NCBI GenBank assembly: GCA_951406725.2 | Contig: OX597826.1 | Coordinates: 43,772,001-43,836,000 of the forward strand | Reading direction: 5' to 3' | DNA: 64,000 nt | DNA from: Octopus vulgaris | Lineage: Eukaryota | In this document: positions 39,925 to 53,270 of the stretch, piece by piece | Numbering within the stretch: position 1 is the first letter of the stretch | Layout of the letters: every line of letters begins with the position of its first letter | Translations under genes and position numbers: made by a program | Notes under the pieces: model-generated | Database searches by the model: none | What the model was told of the DNA's origin: nothing | Seen by the model: only the letters and a program-made list of their open reading frames with translations

Positions 39925-39925
<1 letters not shown>
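38599..39925 (+). mobile_element. 5'-truncated, internally deleted Tx1/L1-clade LINE (RT end, CCHC zinc knuckle, 3' UTR)
   Basis: YEAVTGAKINREKS..LLGVWFG..WAERKLSLKGRAEVANTY joined to LAWQCYREALPVRDKL..CPRCGQSDETVLHALVQC; ends aataaagaaac + (TATC)n. Confidence 0.93.
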
Positions 39926-40005
<80 letters not shown>

Positions 40006-40047
40006 CATCCATCCATCTATCCATCCATCCATCTATCTATCTATCTG

Positions 40048-40095
<48 letters not shown>

Positions 40096-40599
40096 CCGAC
40101 ACGTCTCTCCACAAATAGTGGGGCTCAAAAATGGATGGATGTAAAATAAAAAGTTACATTCTCGAGTTATACCGACTCATAAGGGCTGTTTCCCAGTTTT
40201 CGTGGCATCTAAATTTACCACCTGGAATTCACCACCGCAGCAGCATTACTCATTTTTTCCAGCTGAGTAAACTGGAGCAACGTGAAATGAAGTGTTATGC
40301 CCAAGAGCACAACGCGTCGCCCGGTCAAGGAATCGAAACCACAATCTTACGATCATGAGTCCAAAACCTCCACAAAATGAATGGATGGGCGTAGAAATAC
40401 AAAGTAGCTGGCGCCTACCGTAGGTATCCTAGTTGTCTAAATAATGTTCCTCTTTATTCCTGACTATCTAATTTGTTTATTTTCATTCAAATGTTTTTAT
40501 TGTTTTAAGAAATTAGCTCGTCAAGAGAATCTCTATAAGAGACGAAGGTAGTATATATACTGTGAAGTAATGTTTATCGCCATTTAAACAAGGGTGGTC

Positions 40600-40780
40600 T
40601 TCAAGAACGGACGATACTGCTATTTTAACACCGGGGGACTTCTCCAGTTCGTTAACAATGTAATTCGCACTCGATATATATTGCAAGCGGGAAGAGAACT
40701 CCTTACTATCCCAGCTATCGAGAACATCAGACCGCGCGGTTTCGACCTTATTATGGTCATTCTCAGTATGCTAGACTTAA
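40600..40780 (-). mobile_element. Family A HHR element, decayed
   Basis: 40771-40724: GCAUA CUGAGAAU GACC AUAAUAA GGUC GAAAC CGCGCG GUC UGAUGU; downstream part homologous to 19240-19310. Confidence 0.68.
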
Positions 40781-40850
40781 TACTCGTATGCTAGACATAC
40801 TCGTATGCTAGACATACTCGTATGATAGACATACTCGTATGCTAGACATA
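40780..40850. repeat. Tandem repeat, 4 x 17 bp (atactcgtatgctagac)
   Basis: Units at 40780, 40797, 40814 and 40831. Confidence 0.92.
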
Positions 40851-41414
40851 GCAGTTGTTCAAAACAAAATAGACTTATTTGAATATCCATCCGGGTTATA
40901 TCTACCGTACGGATATATTTCTTAAAAACTCCAATTTCTGTGCACAAACACAAATGGATAAATTTATGATTCTTATTTATTTACGGCTGATTGGGGTAGA
41001 ATACATTAGTAGGCTTTCCTAATTTATTGCTTTCATGTTTAGACTTATGTTAATTATGGAAATGCCAAGGTGTGCTTCCCTCTTACAAATACAAGATTAG
41101 TTTCCTTAAAAGGTTCATAGGCATTTGGCCAAAGATGTTATTTTGGTGTTGGCAGTTCGTGTTTTTACTTGTAAATTGTTGACTACCTGTGTGACTTCGA
41201 CAGACTTGCATTCAAACATACATTACCCCACCCCCGCCATATATATATATATATATATACGCACATACATACATACATACACATATATATATATATATTC
41301 ACACAGACACACTGACACACAGGCACAAACACACACATACACGCACATATATACAGACAAATGTATGCATTGACACATGCATATTAATACATCTACAAAT
41401 ATCTCTTTCACACA

Positions 41415-41454
<40 letters not shown>

Positions 41455-41610
41455 ATGTATGTATATAGGGATGTGGGTTCGAGTTCCACGCAGATGGGAA
41501 AGCCTACTCTTTTTTTCTGTTCAGGGTTTATATACCCCTTTATTAGACTATTTTCACTAGTCATTGCACTGTGATCGCAATAAGCTTATTCAAATACCAT
41601 TATATATACA

Positions 41611-42183
41611 CAGATATGCTGGAAGTAAATAGACACCTTAAATTTTCAAAATTTCTGATCTAAGCTTCTTAATATGTTTTCAGCGGTGTAGAATTTAGAA
41701 TTTAATTATTCTTTTTCATTCCAAGTGCCATTATATTAAACATTTGCGAGAAATAACCATGCCGCGCACAAAAAATCCAGCAGAACTCTCAGATTTTCAA
41801 ATATGTCGTATTGTTGGGCAATCTGAGGCTGGTCTTAGCCAGCGAAAAATTGCCGAAAATCTTCAAATTCCGCTTGCTACTGTTAATAGAATTATAGTGT
41901 AATTCAAAAGCCAAAGAAAAGAATCAACAGATTCTTGTCCTGGCCCACCTGGGCCCTCGGAAAGGAAGCTTCGCTGTTTGAAGAGAATTGTGGAAAACGA
42001 ACCCCGTTCGAAGGCTTCTGACATTGCAAAACAGCTAGAAGTTAGTCCAAGAACGTGTGTTACATATCTCATAAGCGTGGGTATTATGGACGGGCAACTA
42101 GAGGAAAACCTCTTCTTCAACCAATTAATATCAAATAAAAGATTTTGAAAATTAAAGGTGTCTATTTACTTCCTGCATGTATG
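41611..42183 (+). mobile_element. Internally deleted Tc1 DNA transposon with both TIRs
   Basis: TIR cores 41617-41652 and 42142-42177 (34/36 match). From the ATG at 41759: [74 protein letters not shown], a Tc1 paired-HTH region with a stop and a frameshift. No DDE domain. Confidence 0.9.
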
Positions 42184-42225
42184 TATGTATACATGTATGT
42201 ATGTATGTATATATGTATGAATGTA

Positions 42226-42775
42226 TGCTTGCATCTCTCCTGACACATGGGAAGGCATAGCTATTGATCGGAGCAGGTGGAGAAGGATTGTGCATGAGGG
42301 GACAGCCACTTTTGAGAAATCTCGAGTTGCACATGAGAAAGTAAGGAGGGATGTCAGGAAGGGCATCGCTGTTATACTTCCAGAAGGGAAGGGTCTTCCT
42401 TTGATGCTGACATGCAATATCTGTGCAAGACCCTGCCTCAGTAAAGCTGGACTCAAGAGTCATCTTCGTAGTCATAAAGCGAGACAGATGAGTGACAACC
42501 TGGCCACTGGTGGTGGTATAACACACCATACTAATGTAATCTGTCAGGCATGTGGAAGAGAGTGTAATTCGGCAGGAGGACTTAAACGACATGCAAAGGT
42601 ACATGAAGCCCAGTTACAACTACAGCCGGCTATTACCGGTAAAGGTTTTAGTTGCCAATTCTGTACAAAACATTGTAGATCTTTAGCTGGGCTAAAAAGT
42701 CACATTCGATCACAGCACCAGTAACGGTTAAGCTTCGTGCAATGGCCATACTCGATAACGAGGCGGCAGCCATAA
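42226..42775 (+). mobile_element. 5'-truncated RTE-clade LINE C-terminus with three C2H2-type zinc fingers and short 3' UTR
   Basis: WEGIAIDRSRWRRIVHEG is the RTE C-terminal motif. Fingers CNIC..SHLRSH, CQAC..RHAKVH and CQFC..SHIRSQH. Frame open to 42724; UTR hairpin ctcg-ataa-cgag; microsatellites on both sides. Confidence 0.85.
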
Positions 42776-42777
42776 CG

Positions 42778-42810
<33 letters not shown>

Positions 42811-43148
42811 TATACATATATATATATATGTATATATATAAATATATATGTATGTATGTATATATGTATAAATATATGTATGTATATACAGTATACATAC
42901 ATATCTATATATTCATATATGTATATATGGATATATAAATATATGCTTGTATACATAAAAGATGTTTGTGTTTGTGTGAGTGTGTGTATGTGTGTGTGTG
43001 TACATATATGTATCTGTGCCTACATATATGTATACATTGCACACATCTATAGGAATATATTATGTCAATGTATAAAAGACCGGATATTGAACAAGCTTGG
43101 GAATTTAAAAAAACACGTGACATTCATATGGAGATACGCAAAACAGAC

Positions 43149-43272
<124 letters not shown>

Positions 43273-43552
43273 TAACATACAGTTGTATTGGCATACATAC
43301 GCTAGGACACAGTATGTACACCCAGTCATTCACACACACAAACAATAATCCTTTCTACTATAGGGTGAGGTCTAAAAGTTTAGGAGAAGGGTGTTAGTCT
43401 ATTATATCGACTGGTACTTATTTTATCGATCTCGAAAGAAAGAAAAGTAAAGTCGACATTAGTGGAATTTGAACTCAGAACGTAAAGACGGACGAAATAC
43501 TGCTAAGCATTTTGGCCGGCGAGCTAGCGATTTTTGCCAGCTCACTAACAAC

Positions 43553-43583
<31 letters not shown>

Positions 43584-44372
43584 TCAACAACAACAACAAT
43601 AATAGAACAACATCAATAATAATCACTAATTTAAACACTAAGTCCGTGGTCAACGGTTTTGATGGGCGGTGTGGATCGATATCACCGAAGTACCATATCA
43701 CTGGTACTTCAGTTTATCGACCCCAAATGGATTAAGGGCGTAGTTGACCTAGGTGGAATTTGAACTCAGGTCATAAGGAGGCAGAAGAAATATCACAAGA
43801 TCATGTATTTTTTTTTCAGATGATAATAGTATACGTATAAATACATAAGTATTAAAAAATAAACATTTCTCCCTTCTCACTCAGGATCTGGATAAGCTAG
43901 ATAAACCATTAAATAAATAGATAAATGAATAAATAAATAAATAAATAAATAGAAAGCTACTAGATACAATTGTCCACATTCTATTACATTTATCTCAGAT
44001 GTGAAATAAGATACGCGCGCGTGTGAGTGCAGGCATGTGTGTGCGTCGCCTCGTAGCTTCGCCATCGCTCCACAGCAAGAGTTAATCTTGAACAAACCAT
44101 CAACACCCACCTTCCACACAGAGACCTACACTTATCTCTAATGGGCGTTTCTTTGCAAATTCCTTGTAATATTGACTCTGGAATCTACTCTCGTATTGGT
44201 CAACAGGAAGATGATACGATAAAGTTGATTTAGTCGCGCAGTAACTTTTTTTCTCTTTATCCCATCTTTCAACTAATTTCTCTTCACCCCACCACCGCGC
44301 TCTCTCTCTTTATGTGTCTCATTCTTCCTCTCTCCTGTTGATCTATCTAACTCTCTTTCTATTTCTATTTAC

Positions 44373-44430
<58 letters not shown>

Positions 44431-44999
44431 CTCTCTCTCTCTCCCTCCCTCCCTCCCTCCCTCTCTTTATCATTTCCTTAGATTATATTTCTCGTCACCG
44501 GCAAATCTTTCACTGTGACCTTTTGCATTCAGTCGGCTATCACCTTTAAACAATACTGTCTTTTTAAGCACCCACAATCGTCTCTCACGTTTTCGTAAAC
44601 TGTTCTTTTCTATCAATTGTTTGTTTATACTGAACAAATGCATTTTGACGCTATCTAAATACTATGATAACAACAAGAAGCAGTCTATAGCCACAGTTTC
44701 TAAACTCGACACTGTATTTACTATACTTAATAATCGCTTGAGCTTCCTAAGTTTTAAATTGTTTATATGGTGTCGAAAGAGATTGGAGCCGGTTCAATTC
44801 CCGTGTGAAGACGTCAGGAATGTTTTAATGAACATGTAAGCAGCCTACTGTCGTTCAAAGTATTTTAATATCACGTCACTCCAAATGGATAGATTCTATT
44901 ACGCGAAGAAATTTCAGTCACGAACAAAAGATATTTCAGCTTCACCTTCTAAACTTTATTTTGTTTTAATGTTGTCGTTTTCTGAAGAAGAGGAGCGCC

Positions 45000-45345
45000 A
45001 TTGGCTATATTCAGGGCGTCTGTGAATTGATTGAAAGCAAGTGCTACGAGAAGATACAAGGCTTCACATCGAAGGACTTTATCAGCAACGAAGAGGCCAA
45101 GAGAAGTCCAAGGCAACGCTAAGTGTCCGTTACTATTTGAAGATGTCGATTGAATATATTACTGGGTCATGTCGTCCTTGCGAACCCTCTGTGGTGATGG
45201 CGCAGGGGACGTCCCAAGATGAACTGGCACAAGACGACAGGGACCTTCAGCTGATAAACCTGCGGTGTAACGAGGAACTGAGGATGGCTGCTCACCAAAC
45301 TTGCTGGGGTACTTTCATTGAGTTATGCGTTCCACAGAAAACACT
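45000..45345 (+). mobile_element. Decayed RTE-like LINE 3' end
   Basis: RRGRPKMNWHKT at about 45201-45236, followed by DLQLINL..MAAHQTCW..LC. Confidence 0.55.
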
Positions 45346-45741
45346 GGGAGACCATGTGTTGTCAAATCAATCGCATGAGGAGTGCAACAGTTCTTATGAA
45401 GGGTTCCAACCAAGTTCTGTGTACCAAATTTCATTTACCAAAATATTGATTCATTCCATACAATGACTGAAAGCACAATTCTCCAACGTTTCGCACAACA
45501 GATTCGTGCTTGGGAAACGTTTTGACCACACGGCATCTTCACCACTATGCCTGTGTAGGACAGATAAAAAAATAACTGAAAATGGTTAAATTGAACAGTA
45601 CTTGTAGGGCTTATTCGAGATTGTGTACAATATTCGGCGTAATACACCTTAAACTAATGCCTGTGTGTGTTTGTGTGTACACCCACATATAATCTTGCAC
45701 ACATATACATATGTACATGTGCATACATGTTTTATGTATAT

Positions 45742-45937
45742 ATATTTCTTTACTTCCCACAAGGGGCTAAACACAGAGGGGACAAACAAGGGGATTAAGT
45801 CGATTACATCGACCCCAGTGCGTAACTGGTACTTAATTTATCGACCCCGAAAGGATGAAAGGCAAAGTCGACCTCGGCGGAATTTGAACTCAGAACGTAA
45901 CGACGAACGAAATACAGCTACGCATTTCGCCCGGCGT
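45742..45937 (-). mobile_element. Meta-domain-like SINE with Tx1-like tail
   Basis: Near-identical to 11063 and 31437. Old-tail copies also near 19630, 23075, 24455, 24680, 29765, 43345, 43630, 54692 and 56066. Confidence 0.88.
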
Positions 45938-45963
45938 GTTTTATGTATATATACATGCATATT

Positions 45964-46070
<107 letters not shown>

Positions 46071-46857
46071 ACTAACTAACTAACTTACTAACTATCTATC
46101 TATCTTTACACCTTTACATCTGTGCCATTGCCATACAGATTGGATGTAGAATGAATATATATGTTTCAATATTTTCGCTCAAACTAATTTACCTAATCTT
46201 GCTTTACATGTATACATCAGCTATATTATCAACAAAGCAATAATCAGCACAGCATTAAACGCTAATGTGTTAATGAACCGCTTTAAACTCAGGTAAAGAG
46301 AAATCGAAAAACAACAACAAACGGAAAAAGAACTCAAGGCTAAAGGAAAGGATTAATATTTAAATAAGAAAAAATGATGGAAGCCCATAAATATCGTAAT
46401 GTATCAGCTAAGAATCCTTGCTTTAGTTAAGTTTTCACTCACATGATTGTGTTTCTCTCATACTTTCAAATTACGAATTGAACTACCGCGTTTAGATAAA
46501 AATCTCTAATGTTTCTCTCAAAAATGAATTGGTGTGCCATTCTTTTTTTTCTTTTACTCCGCCGATTCGCTGAAAGTGAAAGTAAAATGTCAAATACGCG
46601 AACGAAATGAATCTTACAAGTAAATAATATGAGCGATAACAACAACAATAATATCAGAAAGAACCACACAAAAAAAAAAAAAAAGAAATATAATAATAAC
46701 ATTAATATTAGTCATGTTGAAAATGATGATGGTGATGATGATGATGTGTCAATTACGTGAAAATCGAAATGTTTGGATACTGAATCAGTGCATTTGTGAT
46801 GTGTCATTCAGATATGAATAACACATTGAAGTTGTGTGTGTTTGTGTGTTAATGTGC

Positions 46858-46896
<39 letters not shown>

Positions 46897-47054
46897 TACA
46901 TATATGTATATATACGCACACGCCCCTCCCCCCATATATATATATTTACACACATACATATATATGTTTACATATACACGAATATACATTAGAACACAGG
47001 CACAACCGCACTCATATATATACGTATGTATGCATATATATATATAAACTTCGG

Positions 47055-47101
<47 letters not shown>

Positions 47102-47122
47102 TTATATATATATCTATGTATC

Positions 47123-47184
<62 letters not shown>

Positions 47185-47610
47185 GTATATTTATGTTTAG
47201 GGTACATATTGATGAACATATGGATGTATATGGCTACAAACACTCACAAACACACTCACGCACACGCACACACAGAGACATACATACATAAGCACACACA
47301 TGTACACACATACCTATCGATAGAAAAAATACGTGGAGCGTGAGAGTGAGATATATATATATATATATATATATACAGAGAGAGAGAGAGAGAGGGGGGA
47401 TGAGAAAGAGAGAGGGAGAGAAAGATTGAGAGAGAGAGAGAGAGAGCGCGATTGAGTGAGAGGGAGAGATAGAAATTGATTTAGGTACGATGACATCATA
47501 CATTTGAAACAGAATTATTTCGTTTCATATTTCTTTGAATTGTACTGATTAGCCAGATCTGGGAGGGAACAGTTTGTGTTCGATAGTGTATTAATACAAC
47601 GGCTGCATAT

Positions 47611-47678
<68 letters not shown>

Positions 47679-49769
47679 ATATGAGTTTGCATATATAAGT
47701 ATCGATGTATGTACATGTGAATGTATCCTGTCTCTGTGTATACCCATACCTCAAACACACATACATGCATACACATGTATGTATAAATATGCATAAATAC
47801 ATTTTTTTTTACTTACCTCTTTCAGTTTGGCACGTTTTATTTTCAATGAATTTACGGAATCGAATTTCATATAGAATTTTTATGCACCCACTATTGCAAA
47901 ATGAGTATCATAAATTAAGGAGCTATATTTAATCTTCTGCTTTTGAGATACAGCCATGCAGAAGGAGACATATTCTGTACTTGATAATCAGGATAACTAT
48001 GAAAGCAGAAGAACAATGATAGCGGAAGGGATATATGTAACTGTATTTATTGTAACCGTTACCAAGTAAGATGTGTTTTTGTTTTCAAGGAGGTGCCCCA
48101 CGGGAAAGGGACACAGTCGTCTGCATTCGGCTAGCTGAATTTCTTCCTCCAACGGGATATTTTTACCGCCAATTGCTGGCCAGGTTGCTCGAAATCATCG
48201 GAATATTAACGAACTCCTTATTTAATTTAGTGTTCTGTTAACTGAAAAATTTTATAGGAAAAAGAAATACATAAATTTTGTTGCATTATAATGACATGGC
48301 ATTTCCAACACAACGAAGCAGTTTTATGATATCTTCTTTCTGAATTTGCCACAGGTATCAGAGAAAGATACAGCGTTCAGAAATCTAAGATTACTCTAGA
48401 GTATTCAAGTAACCAAACTTGTATAAACCCCCTCAATCCAAATTTGTGTTAGCCAATGTTGCACCATTAGCATTTCTCTGAAGAATTATATAGTCTTACC
48501 TAGCTTCCAGTGATTTCAATGCGTTATCAGAGTAGTAACAGTTATAGAAATCTAATGTTCACCTACGGGTAATTAAGGTGAAAATTATAAAAGATACGAA
48601 TACGATGTTGAAGAAAAGCGACTTCATATTTATCTGAGAAAAATTTAATAATATGCTATACAATGCAATAAAGCTATTTTATATTTATATATAAACAAAT
48701 ATTTATTTAAGCGATACTTTCACTTTGAAATATACTTTGATAACTTACATGAAAAAGGTTACAGGCAAAAAGTGTCTGGCATGATATTTAAATTTGTGAA
48801 ATCCGGCTACTGTCCAGAAAAGTTTTATTTTGCTATTTTCAGAGATCAGAGGCTCGCCAACACTTTGCGTTCAAATGTTATTCAAATGTCATCCTTGCTG
48901 AAGAAAAAGAGAAAAAAAAAGTTGAGGGAATTAGTTCATTGTGCTGTGTCATACGACCGACCTCTCTACCCATCCTTATAATTGATGATCTGTTATTTCT
49001 ATAGCTGACTACATTTAAAATGCCATTACAATCATTTACATCTCAGATAAAAGATAGTATTAAACCCTGGTGACCTGCACCGGCACAAAGTCATAACAGT
49101 AAAATAGAAAATAGTTTTTGTGTGATCCTTTTTACTATTCAAAGTGCAATTTACAATGAATGTCTGTCTGTTATTCGTGAAATAAACTACTCCTACAGTC
49201 AGTAATGAAACGATAACTATTGTGATGCCTCCTCGATCAGTGAACCTGTTCACCCGACATTTTCAGATTGCTTCACAACCGACAAGACCAGTCAAATAAC
49301 TTCTCGGGCAAAGAGAAAAGTAAACTGTATTATTTTTAAAAATGCCTACCAGTCTGTCTGCTGGCAACTCTTGTCTGGTAGGTGTTTCCGGGGAAAGAAA
49401 GAAAGCAACAACAATAACAACGATAGAAAATGATTAATTATTAATTAATTGCCACGTATTTTATCAAGTCTACTATATATATATAATGAAGAAGTTATAT
49501 ATGTACTCTTAATTCTTGACGTTATTAGCATGGTATATTAGCGATATCGGTGTTATTTCTAGCCTGTTGTACTGTTTGAAAGACTTGGACATCTAACAAA
49601 TAATCGCGCGTCATAGTACAAATATATTACAATGTTATTTGGTTTCTGAATGTAGGTTTGAAAATTTATATCTTAAAAATAGAAAAATTATTGATACATT
49701 TACTACATGCATACATACATACATACATACGTACGTACATACATGCTTACATACATACATGCCTACATG

Positions 49770-49854
<85 letters not shown>

Positions 49855-50234
49855 GTCTATCTATCTATCTACCAAGGCAGGAGGCTGGAAAACATTTTAT
49901 AGCTTATTCATTCACTATTGCACACTTTTCATTAGTTAATAAGAGTTACACGTAAGATATCATCTATTAGAAATTCTTCTGACAGAGAATCAAATAATAC
50001 CATTTACAATATTTTATAACACCTATTAGTAAGTGAATGTATATAATGATGAATAATCATACAAAAAATTTTCCTCTCTTCTGTTTTGATATAAAGTAAC
50101 TCAGCAAAAATGTTTTCAGAATCTTCAAGTTTTATGCGTACCTCACACATATAGAACACTAAATACAGACTCAATATGCTGGATTAAGCAGATTTGCTTC
50201 AAGAGGATACAGCTTTGATTTTAACCCTATCTAC

Positions 50235-50291
<57 letters not shown>

Positions 50292-50344
50292 CAAAATTGG
50301 ACAAGAACGTAAAAGATCCAGACAAGTGATACAAAAATGGACGG

Positions 50345-50985
<641 letters not shown>

Positions 50986-51003
50986 TACATACATATATAT
51001 TTA

Positions 51004-51302
51004 TAAAATATATATAAATTAGAGAAAAACCACTATTATGCAATCCAAACAATGATAGACATAATCCAAATCGTAAATAAAAGATAAAATATATTTAAAA
51101 CATATAACTAGATCACAAAAAGTCCAAAAATGAATAAACAATATATAATAAGTATGGTTTATGTCTATCATTGTTTGAATTGCATAATAGTGAGTTTTCT
51201 CCAATTTATATATATATTATATATTTATATTGTGAAATTTGATTTAATACTAAATTGAATTTTCCCCTGTAAGTTTGCGGTTATACTCCCTGATATTATT
51301 AT

Positions 51303-51305
<3 letters not shown>
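51004..51305. repeat. AT-rich interspersed repeat with an approximately 62-bp inverted repeat
   Basis: 51004-51067 pairs with 51155-51219; 51220-51300 is the reverse complement homolog of 10930-11010. Confidence 0.7.
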
Positions 51306-51337
<32 letters not shown>

Positions 51338-52173
51338 TTCATTTTCTTTACCCTGTACTTGTTTCAGTCATGAGACTGCAGCCGTGCTGGGGGACTGTCT
51401 TGAAGAATCTTTAGTCGAATGTATCGATTCCAGTAATTACTTTTTATAAACCTGATATTTGTTCTATCGGTACGTTACGAGGACGTAAACACAGCAGAAC
51501 CGGTTGTCAAGTGGCGGTGGTTGGGGAGAAATACTGAAACAAAGACACACACACACATACACACGCGCGCACACACACACGCAATGGGTTTCTTTCAGTT
51601 TCTGCCCACCAAATTTACTCACAAGTGTTTTGTTGGCCCGAGGCTATAGTAGAAGACATGTGCTCAAGGTGCCACGTTGTCGGATTGAACCCTGAACCAT
51701 GTGTTTGGGAACCAATCCTCTTACTATACGGCCACGCCCACATATATACGTATATAGTATATTCATTAATACTTGTATACATATGTGTGTGTATATATGA
51801 TATATATACTCATTTACTCATTTATTTGTTTCAGTCATTTGAATGTGGCCACCTTTAGTCGAGGAAATCGACCCCAGGACTTATTCTTTGTAAGCCTAGT
51901 ACTTATTCTATCGGTCTCTTTTGCCGAACCGTTAAGTTACGGGGACGTAAATACACCAGCATCGGTTGTCATGCGATATTGTGGGGGGGGACAAAACATA
52001 CACATATATATATATATATATACATATATACGATGGGCTTCTTTCAGTTTTCGTCTACCAAATCCACTCAGAAGGCCTTGGTCGGCCCGAGGCTATAGTA
52101 GAAGACACTTGCCCAAGGTGCCACGCAGTGGGACTGAACCCAGAACCATATATATCATATATCATATATATAT

Positions 52174-52254
<81 letters not shown>

Positions 52255-52699
52255 CTATATAGGTAATATATATGTGTGTGTATGTGTAATTTCTTTGTTT
52301 GTGTGTGTTTGAGTGCATTTGTGTGTGTGTGTGTGTTTGTGTGAAAAATACCTGAATCAATGACAGACGCGTACTTAAACACATACATGAACTGTAAATA
52401 ATTTCCGGGAGGAGATTATTTCGATATCCTCCCTCTGCACAAAAAAAAAAATGAATAAATAAAGAAATAAAACTGAAGAGAAAACTTGCTATGTTAAACG
52501 TGTTTTACTGGATTTTTTTTTTTCAGAAAACTATAGCAAATTAGAAGAAAATGGCTGCATGCCCTCTGTATAATGTCATATGATAGGTAGACATATCAAA
52601 TGACATGAGAGAGGATGAGTGATTCATGAGAAGTAGCGAAGAGAAAGTAAGCGGGAAATCTGTACTTTATATGAAAAGAATGGGCGAGAGAGCCACAAA

Positions 52700-53270
52700 T
52701 ATGGAAGATATTACATATACCAATTTTCATGGCCACCATCTTATTTACGTCCATTTTTCCATGATTGCATACTTAGGCACATCTACTGCACAGTGTTTCG
52801 CTACTCCCCTCGGCCCTGTGTCATATTTTTCATGAAAATGTAAGGCAATTTCTAACTAGTTTTCCTCCATCTCTTCGTTGGTCTTCCTCTTCCATATCCT
52901 CCTTTCTGTTGGAGCGATCACCATGTCCTTAGGAATCGTCTGTTTGTACCAGCCTAGGTGTTTGCCTTTTTAAAATGCGTCGGTTCCTCTTATATCAACC
53001 TTCATTTCCAATTCATGTGTATCCTGTAATGTATGCACACCATTGTACTTTTTTGCTCAGTAGCATTACATTTCATCTCGTCTTTCTAGACTTCTCAACT
53101 TAGCATACAGTAGGGCTCTTCAAACACCAGTATTATAGAATCTGTTCTTCACTCTGGAAGAGAAATCCGTCGATGTTAACAGAGGTATTATCTGATTATT
53201 TTTCTTTCAGTTCCTGCCTCGGTTAATACGTTACCAGAACACCGATCTTCACTTTTTATTCCTTCACATA
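52700..53270 (-). mobile_element. Heavily decayed RTE-like LINE fragment
   Basis: Minus strand ggaagaggaagaccaacgaagagatggagg = GRGRPTKRWR. Confidence 0.45.

Noticed and set aside
42221-42724. Host C2H2 zinc-finger gene
   Set aside because: Starts in a microsatellite, is preceded by the RTE W...A.DR..WR motif, lacks TGEKP linkers and ends in an RTE-like UTR.
49267-49325. Possible small exon (ttttcag ... gtaaac) reading ..TSRAKRK
   Set aside because: Weak donor site, no partner exons or homology; expected by chance.
49340-49387. Pre-miRNA-like hairpin (aatgcctaccag / ctggtaggtgtt)
   Set aside because: Only 12-13 bp of stem with a 22-nt loop, too short for a canonical precursor.
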